Shown here: piece after piece, positions 30,902-41,614 of the stretch
How the letters are laid out: the number at the start of each line of letters is the position of its first letter
How positions within the stretch are numbered: the first letter of the stretch is position 1
Assembly: GCA_963745035.1 (NCBI GenBank)
Contig: CAVUVW010000025.1
Span: forward strand, 131,646-195,645
From: an uncultured delta proteobacterium
GTDB taxonomy: Bacteria > Desulfobacterota > Binatia > UBA9968
DNA length: 64,000 nt
Reading direction: 5' to 3'
The notes under the pieces: model-generated
Databases searched by the model: none
Told to the model about the DNA's origin: nothing
What the model saw: the letters and a program-made list of their open reading frames with translations, nothing else
Made by a program: the position numbers and the translations under genes

Positions 30902-32437
30902 TCATTTCTTGTCGCCGGTTTCGATGCGTGGGAACAAAACTTTGGGTGGCTGGACCTTGTGACCGGCGGCAAAACCCTGGCCCCAAGGCGCGCGCAAAGC
31001 GTCGTCGTTCAATGCCAGGAGATCGCGCAACGCGCGCGCCGTGTCCGGCATGAACGGCGTAAGCAGACGGGCCAGCGTCCGGACGACTTCCAACAGATGA
31101 TGCAGCACTGCGCCGACGCGCGCTTGCTTCGCTGGGTCTTTGATCAACGTGAACGGCGCGGTCTGGACGATGTAGCGGTTGGCGTAATCGAGCGCCGACC
31201 AGAGCGATTCCAGCGCGCGGTGAAACTGCAGCTCGATCATGGAGTTCCGAATATCGCTTTCCGCTTGCGCAAAGCGGTCGTGCAAATCGGTGTCTTCCGC
31301 GGCCCAGGCGCCGTTCAACGGCTGCACCACCCTGCCGAAATATTTCTCCTGCATGGCCAATACGCGGCTCACCAGATTGCCAAGATTGTTGGCGAGATCG
31401 GCGTTGATCCGGGTGACCAGCGCCTCTTCGGAAAATTTGGCGTCCTGTCCGAACGCCATCTCGCGCAGCAAAAAATAGCGAAACGCATCCATGCCGAAGC
31501 GCGCCTTCATGTCCAGCGGGCGAATGACGTTGCCCAAGCTCTTCGACATCTTGCCCGAATCCATCACCCAATAGCCATGCACGCGCAGATGATCGTAGAG
31601 CGGCAGGCCGGCGGCCATCAGCATCGTCGGCCAGTAAATCGCATGCGGCTTCAGAATGTCCTTGGCGATCAGGTGCTGCGCCGTCGGCCAAAACGACGCG
31701 ACAAAGTCTCCGCCGCGGTGCTCCAAGGCGCTCACGTAGTTGAGCAAGGCATCGAACCACACGTAGGTGACGTAGTTGGCGTCGAAAGGCAGCGGAATGC
31801 CCCACTGCAACCGGCTCATCGGACGGGAAATGCAGAGATCTTCGAGCGGTTCGCGGAGAAACGCCAAGACTTCGGTCCGGTAGCGCTCCGGGCGAATCCA
31901 ATCGGGTTTGGACTGGATCGCCGCAATCAATCGTTCCTGGTACCGGCTCATGCGGAAGAAATAATTCTTTTCGCTGATGTAGTCGGGCACCACCTGATGG
32001 TCGGGGCATTTTCCGTCGATCAGCTCCTTCTCGGTATAGAAGCGCTCGCAGCCATAGCAGTAAAAGCCGCCGTACTCGCCGAAGTAGATGTCCCCCGCGT
32101 CGTAGATTTTTTGCAGGATCTTCCGCACGTAATTTCGGTGATACTCGTCGGTGGTGCGAATGAAATGATCGTAGTCGATGCCGCAGGCCTGCCAAGTCGA
32201 GCGAAACAGAGCGCTGATCCGGTCGGCGTACTCCTGCGGAGTTGTCTCGTTGGCGGCGGCCGCCCGGGCGATCTTGTCGCCGTGCTCATCGGTGCCCGTG
32301 AGTAAAAAGGCTTCACGGCCGACGGAACGCCAGTAGCGCTTCAGCGTATCGGCCACCACGGTCGTGTAGGTGTGCCCCAGGTGCGGCTCGGCGTTGACGT
32401 AATAGAGTGGCGTCGTAATGTAGACTTTTTCCATCAA
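30902..32437 (-). CDS. metG: Methionyl-tRNA synthetase
   Basis: HLGH, GTDEHG, YVWFDAL, KMSKS. Confidence 0.96.
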   Translation of the reverse strand: MMEKVYITTPLYYVNAEPHLGHTYTTVVADTLKRYWRSVGREAFLLTGTDEHGDKIARAAAANETTPQEYADRISALFRSTWQACGIDYDHFIRTTDEYHRNYVRKILQKIYDAGDIYFGEYGGFYCYGCERFYTEKELIDGKCPDHQVVPDYISEKNYFFRMSRYQERLIAAIQSKPDWIRPERYRTEVLAFLREPLEDLCISRPMSRLQWGIPLPFDANYVTYVWFDALLNYVSALEHRGGDFVASFWPTAQHLIAKDILKPHAIYWPTMLMAAGLPLYDHLRVHGYWVMDSGKMSKSLGNVIRPLDMKARFGMDAFRYFLLREMAFGQDAKFSEEALVTRINADLANNLGNLVSRVLAMQEKYFGRVVQPLNGAWAAEDTDLHDRFAQAESDIRNSMIELQFHRALESLWSALDYANRYIVQTAPFTLIKDPAKQARVGAVLHHLLEVVRTLARLLTPFMPDTARALRDLLALNDDALRAPWGQGFAAGHKVQPPKVLFPRIETGDKK

Positions 32438-33417
32438 CGGCCCTCGACCACCGCGAACAGAAATTTCTCCAGGACCATGCGGCGATTCAAGTTGCGTTGG
32501 ATGGCGGCCATTGCCGCGCCGGCCTGCGCGAGCGCCGGAAGGGCGCGAACGCCGCCCGAACGCGGGCTCTGTTGCTCAATTTGCGCCAGCATGTCGAGGT
32601 TCACCAAATCATCGCGCTCGCCGGTCACGCCGTGCACCAGCAAGTCTCGATACCAACTTTCCGCCCAGCGGAGAAACTCCAAGGCTCCTTCGCGGTCTGC
32701 GGCGAGCGGCTCCGCGGCTGCTACGGCGCCTTGATAATCGCCGCGTTTCAAATCGGCCAACATCCCGCTCCAAAACCGGCGCTTTTCGACCAACGATTGA
32801 TCGAGAGCGAGCGCCGCACCGATGCTGCCCATGCTCATCGCCCCCAAAAGCTCCGCGTCGCCGCTCTCCACGTTCCGTCTCGCCCGTAAAAAGGTCGCCA
32901 CTTGGGCTCGGGAAAGCGGCGCGAAGGAAAGCCGCAGACAACGCGAGCGCAAGGTCGGCAGGAGCTCGCCCGCATTGAACGCAATGAGGATGATCAGGGA
33001 GTTTTCCGGCGGCTCTTCCAAGGTTTTGAGCAGAGCGTTTTGCGCCGGCGCATTCATTGCTCCCGCCGCGTCCACGATCGCGATCTTGCGCCGTCCGCCG
33101 AACGAGCGGTAGCGCAGCTCGCGCTCGATTTCGCGCACTTGCTGGATGCTGATCTCCTTCTTGCCTTCGAGAGGATGAACAACTCGGACATCGGGGTGAT
33201 TGCCGTCTTTAACGCGCGCGCACTCGGCGCAGCGGCCGCAGCCGTCGCCCGTTGCCTCCGCACAGTGGACCGCCTGCGCGAGCGCCATGGCGATCGTGCG
33301 TTTGCCGATTCCTGAGGGGCCAACGAAAAGATAGGCATGGTGCAGCCGCCGGCTCGTCAGCGCCGCGCGCAGCGGCTCCAGTTGCCGGGAATGACCAATA
33401 ATTTCGCCAAAGCCCAT
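32434..33417 (-). CDS. holB: DNA polymerase III delta' subunit
   Basis: HAYLF.GP.GIGK, Zn-binding Cys, NALLKTLEEPP, SRC. Confidence 0.93.
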   Translation of the reverse strand: MGFGEIIGHSRQLEPLRAALTSRRLHHAYLFVGPSGIGKRTIAMALAQAVHCAEATGDGCGRCAECARVKDGNHPDVRVVHPLEGKKEISIQQVREIERELRYRSFGGRRKIAIVDAAGAMNAPAQNALLKTLEEPPENSLIILIAFNAGELLPTLRSRCLRLSFAPLSRAQVATFLRARRNVESGDAELLGAMSMGSIGAALALDQSLVEKRRFWSGMLADLKRGDYQGAVAAAEPLAADREGALEFLRWAESWYRDLLVHGVTGERDDLVNLDMLAQIEQQSPRSGGVRALPALAQAGAAMAAIQRNLNRRMVLEKFLFAVVEGR

Positions 33418-34053
33418 TCAGGCAAGCTCCCTACTCAGTATTTCTCGGATCTGTTCGGCTGTCTCGATCGCCGAGCGCGATGCGTCGATCACGCGAAAAC
33501 GTTCGGGCTCGGCGCGAGCCATTTCGAGAAAGCCGCTTCGGACTCTTTGATGAAACTCCAACTCCTCGCGCTCGAATCGATCTTCGCACGTCTGGCCGGT
33601 TTGATCGCGCCGCCCGGCCGCGCGCGCCAAGCCCGTTTCCACCGGACAGTCCAATAGAAGGGTCAAGTGCGGGCGCAATCCGCCGCTGGCAGTGTCGTTC
33701 AGTCGCCGCAGCCACACGAGGTCGATGCCACGACCATATCCCTGATAGGCCAGGGTTGAATCGGTAAACCGATCGCAAAGCACGATCCTACCCTCGGCCA
33801 GTGCTGGAGCGACGACTTGTTTCACATGCTGGGCCCGGTCGGCCAGGTACAAGAAAAGCTCTGTGGAAGCCGCGATCTCGCTTTCGCCCACTTCTAATAA
33901 GACCTTACGGATGAGCTTGCCGAGCGCGGTGCCACCCGGTTCGCGCGTCGTCAAACACGATTTGCTGCGTTGGCGCAAGTAGTTTTCAGCGGCGTTAACT
34001 TGCGTGGTTTTGCCGGTCCCGTCCCCGCCTTCGAACGAAATAAATTGGCTCAT
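33418..34053 (-). CDS. tmk: Thymidylate kinase
   Basis: FEGGDGTGKTTQ, REPGGT, DRF.DS..AYQG. Confidence 0.95.
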   Translation of the reverse strand: MSQFISFEGGDGTGKTTQVNAAENYLRQRSKSCLTTREPGGTALGKLIRKVLLEVGESEIAASTELFLYLADRAQHVKQVVAPALAEGRIVLCDRFTDSTLAYQGYGRGIDLVWLRRLNDTASGGLRPHLTLLLDCPVETGLARAAGRRDQTGQTCEDRFEREELEFHQRVRSGFLEMARAEPERFRVIDASRSAIETAEQIREILSRELA

Positions 34054-34152
34054 TCAGTAAAACAATGAAGAAAACCGGCAGAAGATGCAAATCACGAAAA
34101 ACGAGATCTCGATGCGAAAATGGCTGGAAGCAGTCGAGCAGACGGGCAGGGT

Positions 34153-34536
34153 TCAGGCTTTGCCTTCGCCCAAAAGCAGATTGATGCCGTTCACCAACTG
34201 GGTGCTGGTGAATGGCTTGGTGATGTAGTAATCGGCGCCGAGCTTGTAGCCGCCCAGAACGTCTTCGTATTGCACCTTGGCGGTGAGGAGAATGACGGGG
34301 ATGGTGGCCGTTTCATTTTTCCCTTTAAGCCGGGTTAAAACCTCCAGGCCATCCATTTCCGGCATCATGATGTCCAAAATGATCAGATCCGGCCTCTGGG
34401 TAGGCAGCAGGTTCAACAGTTCCGGACCGCTGGCGGCACTGAAAACAGTATAGCCGCGGCCCTCCAAAATGGTCTTGACGATCGTGATAATATCGGGGTT
34501 ATCGTCAACCACCATTATGGTCTTCTTTGTATCCAT
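34153..34536 (-). CDS. Single-domain response regulator
   Basis: VVDD, LDIMMP, LTAK, YITKPF. Confidence 0.9.
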   Translation of the reverse strand: MDTKKTIMVVDDNPDIITIVKTILEGRGYTVFSAASGPELLNLLPTQRPDLIILDIMMPEMDGLEVLTRLKGKNETATIPVILLTAKVQYEDVLGGYKLGADYYITKPFTSTQLVNGINLLLGEGKA

Positions 34537-34718
34537 GCTTGCTCCCTCTAACGCCTGATCCGTGTTCATTGTCATCTAACTAGCCTTAGAAACGAGCGCG
34601 CCGTCATGACCAAGTTAGCAGAACCGTCACGGGACTATTTGGGTTTCCAAAGCTTTGTAGATTGGGAATTTAGCATCTTGCGGCCGTCTTGTAAATTACA
34701 GTTTTCATGTCGCTCGGG

Positions 34719-35885
34719 CTATTGTGTAATGCTCCGCCAGTAATCTTGTGAAATTCCCGAAGGTAGCGATTCATAAGCAATATTAGCCGTTGCGGAAGGA
34801 ACGAGATGACTTGCCTGACTCAGTGCCCGACGGCTAAAGAGGATACGAATAGTGCCTTCAAATTCCACAATCTTCCGGCCCGCTACCGGGATGCCCGCTT
34901 CGTGCACGACCGCGGCCCCTAAAAGTTCCTTGGTATCTAATCCAATCGTCTTCAAACTCACGTCGTTTCCCGTCACCAGGACAAGCCCTAACCAGCGGAA
35001 TGCGCCGCTGAGAACCAAATCGGCATTCTTGATCACCAGGATTCCTGCGCCGGTGACGTTCCCTGCCATTGTCGCAGCATCCCCTGGGCCGGATATCCCC
35101 TCCATGCAATGCAATTGGGGCGCGGCCGGAGTGCCCCAGCTTTGGTTCTCGATCGTCAAGCCACCGCTCGATATGGCATGCACCGAGGCCGTGGCCGAGC
35201 CGCAAAGATCAGTGGCTAATTGGGTGATTAGGTCGGCGGGAAGATAGCCGCTTGTTGCTGTCGCAGGCATGTCGGCAGTCCCGTGAAGGATTCCATGCCG
35301 CGGCGGGGTTCCGAGCGCCCCCAAGACAAGCTCGCGCATTGCGTCGGCTGCGGCGGAGACCGAGCTGAGCGACTTTGCACCAGTCGCGCTGCCGGTGGCA
35401 GGATCGTGATCGGCTCCGGAAATGAAAATGGCATCGGCGTTAAGGCTGATCTGGGCGGCATTGCCCCGAAGAGCCAAGGCGGCATCGGCCAGATCGTAGG
35501 ATTTGGTCAATTGGGCGTGAACGACGTTCTGCGTGCCGTGGCTTGTGCCGGTGGAGTGAACGATCATCCGAGCGGTTAGTGGGCCGGTCATCGTTGAAGG
35601 CAGAAACGACACGGCGAATTGGCCGGTCGAAAACGGCTTGGACTGATTCGACGGCGCCGGCGGAAAGCTAGTCGCGCCGGCGATCTCGCTCTTGGCCCAT
35701 TCGACTCCGGCGACGGAAATATAGAACGCCTCCGTTCCGCCCCGAAGGTTGCTCAATACGCGAAAATCATTTTGCAACATTACTCCCGCACCGATGCCCG
35801 CGGCCATGAGCACGGACAAGAGCGTCAGGGAGTTCACCAGAACCATGCCTTGTCGACCGTAGAGAAATCCACCGCGGTGTTTCAT
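34719..35885 (-). CDS. PilX-like minor pilin with large C-terminal domain (set 1)
   Basis: G|MVLVN leader without E5, AFY...AGVEWA, terminal YWR. Confidence 0.75.
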   Translation of the reverse strand: MKHRGGFLYGRQGMVLVNSLTLLSVLMAAGIGAGVMLQNDFRVLSNLRGGTEAFYISVAGVEWAKSEIAGATSFPPAPSNQSKPFSTGQFAVSFLPSTMTGPLTARMIVHSTGTSHGTQNVVHAQLTKSYDLADAALALRGNAAQISLNADAIFISGADHDPATGSATGAKSLSSVSAAADAMRELVLGALGTPPRHGILHGTADMPATATSGYLPADLITQLATDLCGSATASVHAISSGGLTIENQSWGTPAAPQLHCMEGISGPGDAATMAGNVTGAGILVIKNADLVLSGAFRWLGLVLVTGNDVSLKTIGLDTKELLGAAVVHEAGIPVAGRKIVEFEGTIRILFSRRALSQASHLVPSATANIAYESLPSGISQDYWRSITQ

Positions 35886-35894
35886 GATCGAGAG

Positions 35895-36551
35895 TTAGTT
35901 ACGAAATTCGACGCTGCTCGAGAGCAGGGAGGTCAATTGGTCGTTGAGCTTGGGATCGGGGCTCCTTGTTTGAACCGCAAACTCGATTCGCACTCGCCTG
36001 ATGGCTTCCCGTCCCGGCACGCTGCCGAGATCGGCTCCATGAGCATCGAAAAAAGTGAAAATTTTGCCGCCGCTCGCAGGTACGACACTGGCCACTAAAC
36101 AGTCGCCGTTACGTCGTATGATATAAGGGCCCGGGCACGTGGACGTGGGTCCGGTCAGCTCGTAACGAATACTCTCGCGGGGGTCAGCGTCATTGCAGTT
36201 GCCGTTGCCGTTTAGGTCCATCTGAACGTGAATCATTCCGGTGCCGGCGGCATAGACCCGATTGCAGACCGCATCGGCGTCATTGCTCGGATCGTCGGCG
36301 CCGCCAACCTCGGGTGGCGCGCTTCCGCCGCCGTCGCCCCACGAACCCGCGTTCTTCAAATCGCGAATCATGATGTCTAAAGCGCCGCGCGCGTCTTCGA
36401 GAACACTGGTCTTCGCTTCCAGGATGAGCGTGTTGTAGAGCTCCGAACGGAAAAAGCCGTAGAGGGAAATCATCATGATCGACCCGATCAGCAACGCCGC
36501 TATTTGCTCAATGAATGTGACTCCACGTGGGCAAACGATGTACCGGATCAT
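35895..36551 (-). CDS. PilW-like minor pilin (set 1)
   Basis: G|VTFIE; AR.ALDIMIRDLKNAG; terminal FRN. Confidence 0.8.
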   Translation of the reverse strand: MIRYIVCPRGVTFIEQIAALLIGSIMMISLYGFFRSELYNTLILEAKTSVLEDARGALDIMIRDLKNAGSWGDGGGSAPPEVGGADDPSNDADAVCNRVYAAGTGMIHVQMDLNGNGNCNDADPRESIRYELTGPTSTCPGPYIIRRNGDCLVASVVPASGGKIFTFFDAHGADLGSVPGREAIRRVRIEFAVQTRSPDPKLNDQLTSLLSSSVEFRN

Positions 36552-36558
36552 TTCCCTG

Positions 36559-36993
36559 CTATTCCCCAACGAAAGTGAGGGTGGTGAGCGTCGTTTCATG
36601 GACTTCGTGATCCCGCCAAGCAACTGTAACGTCGATCTGCTTCAGGCCCGCTGCGAGATTTGAAGGCGCGATTCTCCAGCAGCGATTGAAGACTCCGGCA
36701 ACGCCCCTTTTTGCCGAGAGACCTCGATCGCCGCCATCAGGGCAAAGATTGACATCCGCCAATGGCCGGTGCGCCTGCAACTCCTCCATTTTGTCTTGGG
36801 CCAGGTTAATTGCCACCGTTGCATTATCGCTCACGACCTGGCGGCGAATGAGATGAAGGCTGGTCACAGAAGTACTCACGACAACAAACGTCACGAGGCC
36901 TATGGTCACTAGAAGTTCATTGAAAGTGAAACCGTCGTCTCCGCCATGGCGCATATACGATCTCGTCCTTTGCGTCAGCAGTCCTCCGCGCAA
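36559..36993 (-). CDS. PilV-like minor pilin (set 1)
   Basis: G|FTFNE; A.NLAQDKMEEL; LKQIDVTVAW; start uncertain. Confidence 0.8.
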   Translation of the reverse strand: MRGGLLTQRTRSYMRHGGDDGFTFNELLVTIGLVTFVVVSTSVTSLHLIRRQVVSDNATVAINLAQDKMEELQAHRPLADVNLCPDGGDRGLSAKRGVAGVFNRCWRIAPSNLAAGLKQIDVTVAWRDHEVHETTLTTLTFVGE

Positions 36994-37421
36994 CTTGTCG
37001 GCGTACAGATCCTGATCCTCCCCGTTGAGCTTACGACGACTTGCTTACACGCTCCCATCTCGCTGCGCAGCCGCACCCTGTTTCCGCTCGCCGTGCCGCG
37101 TGGCGAGAGCAATATCGTGCCTTCTTTGGTAATGATGGTTTTGCCCGATAAAGGCTTGGTGACCAGAGTCTGAGAATCTCTCTGAATCGTGTAACTGTTC
37201 GCCCCCGCCGTGTACGCGAGCTGGAATCCTACTTTCTCGGCGGCGGCGCGCATCTTGATATTGTGGAGTTCGGATTGTACCTGACGCACGGCGCTGTCCA
37301 GGTGAACGGAAGGTAAAAGCTTGCTCCAGCCGGGAAATGCGATCGCCGCGATAATTGCCATCAGCGCCAAGGCGCCGAGTACTTCGAGCAGAGAAAATCC
37401 GTGCTGGTCCGTGTAGCCCAT
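36975..37421 (-). CDS. FimT/FimU (GspH-like) minor pilin (set 1)
   Basis: G|FSLLE; V.STGRIR C-terminus; GGAGG RBS. Confidence 0.82.
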   Translation of the reverse strand: MGYTDQHGFSLLEVLGALALMAIIAAIAFPGWSKLLPSVHLDSAVRQVQSELHNIKMRAAAEKVGFQLAYTAGANSYTIQRDSQTLVTKPLSGKTIITKEGTILLSPRGTASGNRVRLRSEMGACKQVVVSSTGRIRICTPTSCAEDC

Positions 37422-37438
37422 AGCTCCTCCGGGGGCGG

Positions 37439-37466
37439 ACAATACTCGTCCGTTAAAGATTGTCAA
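37439..37466 (-). promoter_or_regulatory. Sigma70-type promoter of pilin set 1
   Basis: TTGACA-N16-TATTGT. Confidence 0.55.
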
Positions 37467-37775
37467 TAGCAGAATGCAGAGGCGGGTTTTCAGTCCTGCC
37501 ATGTGGGACACCGCCCAGTCTGCGATCGGCCTCAGGCGGGCGGATCGGGGACTATCCCCATGGGGGAAGTCCGAGACACCGGAAACTACTTCTGGACACT
37601 CGCGAAAAGAAGATATGCAGGCTGTAGCGAAATTAGATCCGCAATGAGGGTGGGTTATGAAAAGGACATCGGGTATGTAAGTTCATACCCGTCTTTACTG
37701 GCGCCGCCGCGCCGTCGTCGACACGACGTTTAACGCCGATTTTCGCGCGGCGCATATTGTATCTGTCACTCAAGG

Positions 37776-38656
37776 TTAGAAGATATCTCGCCAGCTTTCC
37801 GGCACCATCTTCGCGGTCGACGTGCCGCAAGCCGCATGAGTACAGTTGACCGAGCAGCCGTACGTTATTTTGGAATTTCCTGAAAATGATGAGAGGTCAA
37901 AGTGGTTATTACCGCTGGTGGCGTTCGGAGAACGGATCGCCGGTCCAGGTGGGACTGCCGTTGCCGATCTGGATAAATCCGTTGAGATTGGGATTGCCGC
38001 TCACGCCGATCTGCTGATGGACCAGAATCGCGCCCTCGTGACCGACCATGCCGATGTTGCCGCTTATTTAAGATCATTGCCCGATGACGACATGGAATAA
38101 TAGTTGCAGGTCCGGATCGCTTGCTGGGTTGAAGGGTTTACCGATGGATTGCCGCTCCACTCAACCGAGTCCCGGGCGATGGATGGTCGATTGCCAAGGC
38201 GTACTGGTCGTTCCTGGATTGCCGCTGATGGTTACGTGTGTTTCAGCATAGAATATCCCGTCTGCTGCGCTATTGCCGGATACCTTCCAGCTAGTCCCAT
38301 CCCACTCCCAGCCTGCGGGTTTGGTCACTTCCGTTCGCGTGCAAGTTTGGTTCCACACGTCGCACCAACGGTAACTTTGCCGTCACTATTCAGGATGTAT
38401 CCTTTGTTGGCCAAGCCCAGTTTAGCGATTACGCTGGGCGAAGTCGGCCGGGTTGATCGCGGGTACCGGCCTATTGGGTTGGTTCTGATTGGCGGCCTCG
38501 TAGGCGTTCCTCTCACCGTTGGAGTCGTACCCGTACGGCGATGGATGTGATTCGGTGGCGCAACTCGCATGGCCGACGCCAGGGTTACCGGAAACAACAT
38601 CCATGGTTCCGGAGCTGCGCCCCGGGATTTCCGCTGATGTCACCGTTGGTATGGAG
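37776..38656 (-). pseudogene. Orphan PilX-like C-terminal domain (long copy), frameshifted, no prepilin N-terminus
   Basis: Stitched frames LHTNGDISGNP...ADGIFYAETHVTISGNPG...GAILVHQQIGVSGNP...KITYGC...ESWRDIF*. Confidence 0.65.
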
Positions 38657-38718
38657 AGAATTTTCTGACTCGTGGGTACGCGGCTAGGGCGAAGCTCATT
38701 GCGGAGCGGAGAGTCTAG

Positions 38719-39123
38719 CTAGCGGGTCATCGCCTCGCCAGCATAGTTCAGTGATAGATATCGGCGCGCTACCTCTTGAAACGTTTTCAAGGGAGTGGGC
38801 TTGTGTAATATCTCCGAAGCTCCGGCTGCGATAGCACGCTCCACCTGCACTGCCCCATGGGAAAAGGCGGTATTGACGACCACCGGGATGTGTCTCGTGG
38901 ATTCGTCTGCTTTAAGCCGCGCCGTTGCTTCATCTCCTGTCATTCCCGGTAACCCGAGATCCATAAAAATGAGGTCGGGACGCTTCGCATGGACTTGTTC
39001 TATAGCATCGAGACCGGTGGCCGCTTCGGCAATCTCGTACCCCGAACGCCTGAGAATAAGCGCCAGCAAATTGCGGGAGTCACGGTCATCTTCGACCACG
39101 AGAATCCTCTTTGTGGCAGCCAT
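38719..39123 (-). CDS. Single-domain response regulator (CheY/DivK-like)
   Basis: VVEDD, MDLGLPG, TAF, KP. Confidence 0.88.
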   Translation of the reverse strand: MAATKRILVVEDDRDSRNLLALILRRSGYEIAEAATGLDAIEQVHAKRPDLIFMDLGLPGMTGDEATARLKADESTRHIPVVVNTAFSHGAVQVERAIAAGASEILHKPTPLKTFQEVARRYLSLNYAGEAMTR

Positions 39124-39285
39124 GGCGTTTCTAGTACGCACGAATGATGCCCGCCGTGATCCATCGGTCCGTGCGCGCGATGAAGGGGATCGCCTGGCGG
39201 GTTTAGGACGTTTTTGCCCCCACATGGACAATATGGGAGCCAGTGTCGGTGCGCGGTGTTCGACTAATATTGACCACGGCAGGAC

Positions 39286-39480
39286 CTAAACGAGCGGCAA
39301 TTGTCCCGGCCGGCAGTAGCCCGGCGGGAGCGGCTTGATACATGCCGGAGAGTCGTTCTCGGGCGCATTCACGAAGTTCGATACATCATGCGCTTGCATC
39401 TGCTCTGCCGGCCACGGTCGTAGCAACGATGGAGCGCCATTGTAGTGCTCAAGCCAGGCGCGGGAATCGGCGGCGCAACG
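39286..39480 (-). pseudogene. C-terminal fragment of an SOS response-associated peptidase (SRAP/YedK-like)
   Basis: AWL....LLRPWPAEQMQAH.VS.FVN.PENDSP.CI. Confidence 0.65.
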
Positions 39481-39809
39481 GTAATACGTTGGTGGTTCAA
39501 AGGAGGACAACAGGGCCAAGCCACCCTACCTAGGCAAGCGCGTTGAAGTCAAAATTCTCACTGACATGTACAAGATTCGCCGACCCTTATTCGCGCCACT
39601 AGCGGACACCTGCGAAAAATGGCACGCGAGTGGGCGTGGCAGTTGATTGAACTCAACGCCCGCGTTTTTCGCCATGCGTTGTGGATTGCAGTTATCGGCT
39701 GGCGTGGATCGTGATTAAAGGCAAACGTTTTTTAGCCGGAAAGAGCCACTGGGCCAATGTGAAAGGAATCTAACCGTCGATCCGGAAGCGTACCCTGTAA
39801 CTATCATTG

Positions 39810-40181
39810 TTAATGAGCTTGAAACGGTGGCTGCGAGATGACGGCTTGCCACGCACACTGCGCCGGTGTCATTTCCCTGATCTTCTGTCGAAGCTCTATC
39901 AGGACCAATTGCTTCTGATTTTCCTCGCGTAGCGACACGTTTGAGTATTCTTCGAGGTTCTTCACAAAGCGGTCGTAATCCTTTGCCGGGAACGTTTTAT
40001 GGGCTACTTCTTTCAACAACTCCACGTCGGCTTGGTGATGCTTTTCCGCCAATCGGTTATGATGATCTTTTTGTCTGACGATCAAGATTTCGCACGGGTG
40101 CACCGCGCCAAAGAACAGCCACGTCGACGATACATACCCCAGGATTACGATAACAAGGATCGTTAGGGTTTTGACGGTCAT
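39810..40181 (-). CDS. Hypothetical membrane-anchored protein
   Basis: N-terminal TM segment, PC...C pair. Confidence 0.6.
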   Translation of the reverse strand: MTVKTLTILVIVILGYVSSTWLFFGAVHPCEILIVRQKDHHNRLAEKHHQADVELLKEVAHKTFPAKDYDRFVKNLEEYSNVSLREENQKQLVLIELRQKIREMTPAQCAWQAVISQPPFQAH

Positions 40182-40460
40182 AGGACTAGGACTTGGTGCA
40201 AACTAGCTCCTCGCAGGCGGTTATTATGGAATCTTGGGGCGACAATGTCTACTTTTTTGGATATCTACCGGGAAGCTGCTTGGTTCGTTAAGAGTCGCGG
40301 ATTGTATGAGAAATCGCGGAATGCTTCGGCGATAAATGCCGCGTGCGCCTCTGGCAACACGCTGTTACCCCACTACCAGACACTCCGCTGCCTTGTGCTG
40401 CTGGATTGTGCGACCATTCCAGCAAAACGATTGCCTTGACAAGCTAGTATCGGGCGTACG

Positions 40461-40736
40461 ATGATTCGCGGCATGTGGAAAAGAGTGCTTGCCGCACTGA
40501 TCCTTCTCGGCTGGATCAGCCTTTCAGGTTTCGACGTTGTTGAAGACCTGGACGAAGTACCTGGCCAAAGTCAGCTTTCGGAACCGCTTCCGAACAACAC
40601 CATCGAGTCGGCGAGCCGAACCAAAGCGCCTACGATTGAGGCGGTCACCTTTTCACCGATCATTTTTTACTATCTGCGTCCTGCCGAGTTTCGCAAACAC
40701 TCCCTTCATAAACTTTTTCACGTTTTTCTGATCTAG
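40461..40736 (+). CDS. Small hypothetical protein with hydrophobic N-terminus
   Basis: MWKRVLAALILLGWISLSG...LHKLFHVFLI. Confidence 0.5.
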   Translation: MIRGMWKRVLAALILLGWISLSGFDVVEDLDEVPGQSQLSEPLPNNTIESASRTKAPTIEAVTFSPIIFYYLRPAEFRKHSLHKLFHVFLI

Positions 40737-41614
40737 AAAGCGGTTCCTGCATATTTCTTTCCGGTGCCGGCATTAACCTATGCCGTGCATTCCTATTTTA
40801 TTACGCGAGAATGAGTTTGGCTTTGCCCCGGACTCAATGGAGAAACCATCGTGGAAGATTTCCCCATTTGGCTAAAGTTGCTGGTGTGGCTGGTTATTGG
40901 GGGTACAGTGGTGTACGCAGCCAGCGCAGCAATCTTGAATGCAATCAGTGGGTAAGTGCCGGTGATCAGCTCGGTGCTGTACTTGTTTATCGAATTTTCC
41001 CGCTCGACTAGCTCTGTACGCGCTCATCGAGGGACTCATAGGCCCTGCGGCGCTTGAGCTGGTGCGCGTAGCGGAGGCTACGGAGCCTGTATATATCATC
41101 TCAGTGATGTTGCTCCTATGAGCCGGTATCTGCGTTGCTTTCGCGTTTAACACTTTCCGGTTGGAGGACTCTGTCGTGCATAAGATCGAAGGGGAGATCG
41201 CGCTCCTGATCGCGACGGTGGCGATCGTCGGTGTGGGCATCATCGAGGCGGTGAAGAAAAAGCGGCAAGGGCGAGCAAAAAGATTGAATGTACGTCCACG
41301 ACCCGACGATCGAGCGGCTTTACAAGGGCTACCGACTCGGGGGCAGCGCGGAAAGCGTGCACAACGATTCGAAGAGTTGGTTTGCGGTGGGCATGTGACG
41401 CTCTGTATGCCGTGCCATTCGGTTCTCGATACGGTGAAAGAGAGCATCTTACGGAGCGACGATCCCGCCGTCGCCGCGTGGATCGTCTTTTCCTCGCCGA
41501 AACCTCCGTCGATCACCTCATCCTGCCGCCGCAGTATTTTTTGACACACCTAGTACATGGCAAAGTCGTCAAGCATGCGCGCAGAACCCCGTCGGCTTTG
41601 TTTTTCACGAAGCC

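Noticed and set aside
30656-32305. Long antisense or alternate-frame ORFs (e.g. 30656..32305, 7039..8223, 3099..4220, 26179..27276)
   Set aside because: Shadow ORFs of well-supported genes in GC-rich DNA, with no motifs.
39715-39790. c-di-GMP-I riboswitch near the pilin genes
   Set aside because: GGCAAAC is present but the GNRA stem and GCAAA junction cannot be built.
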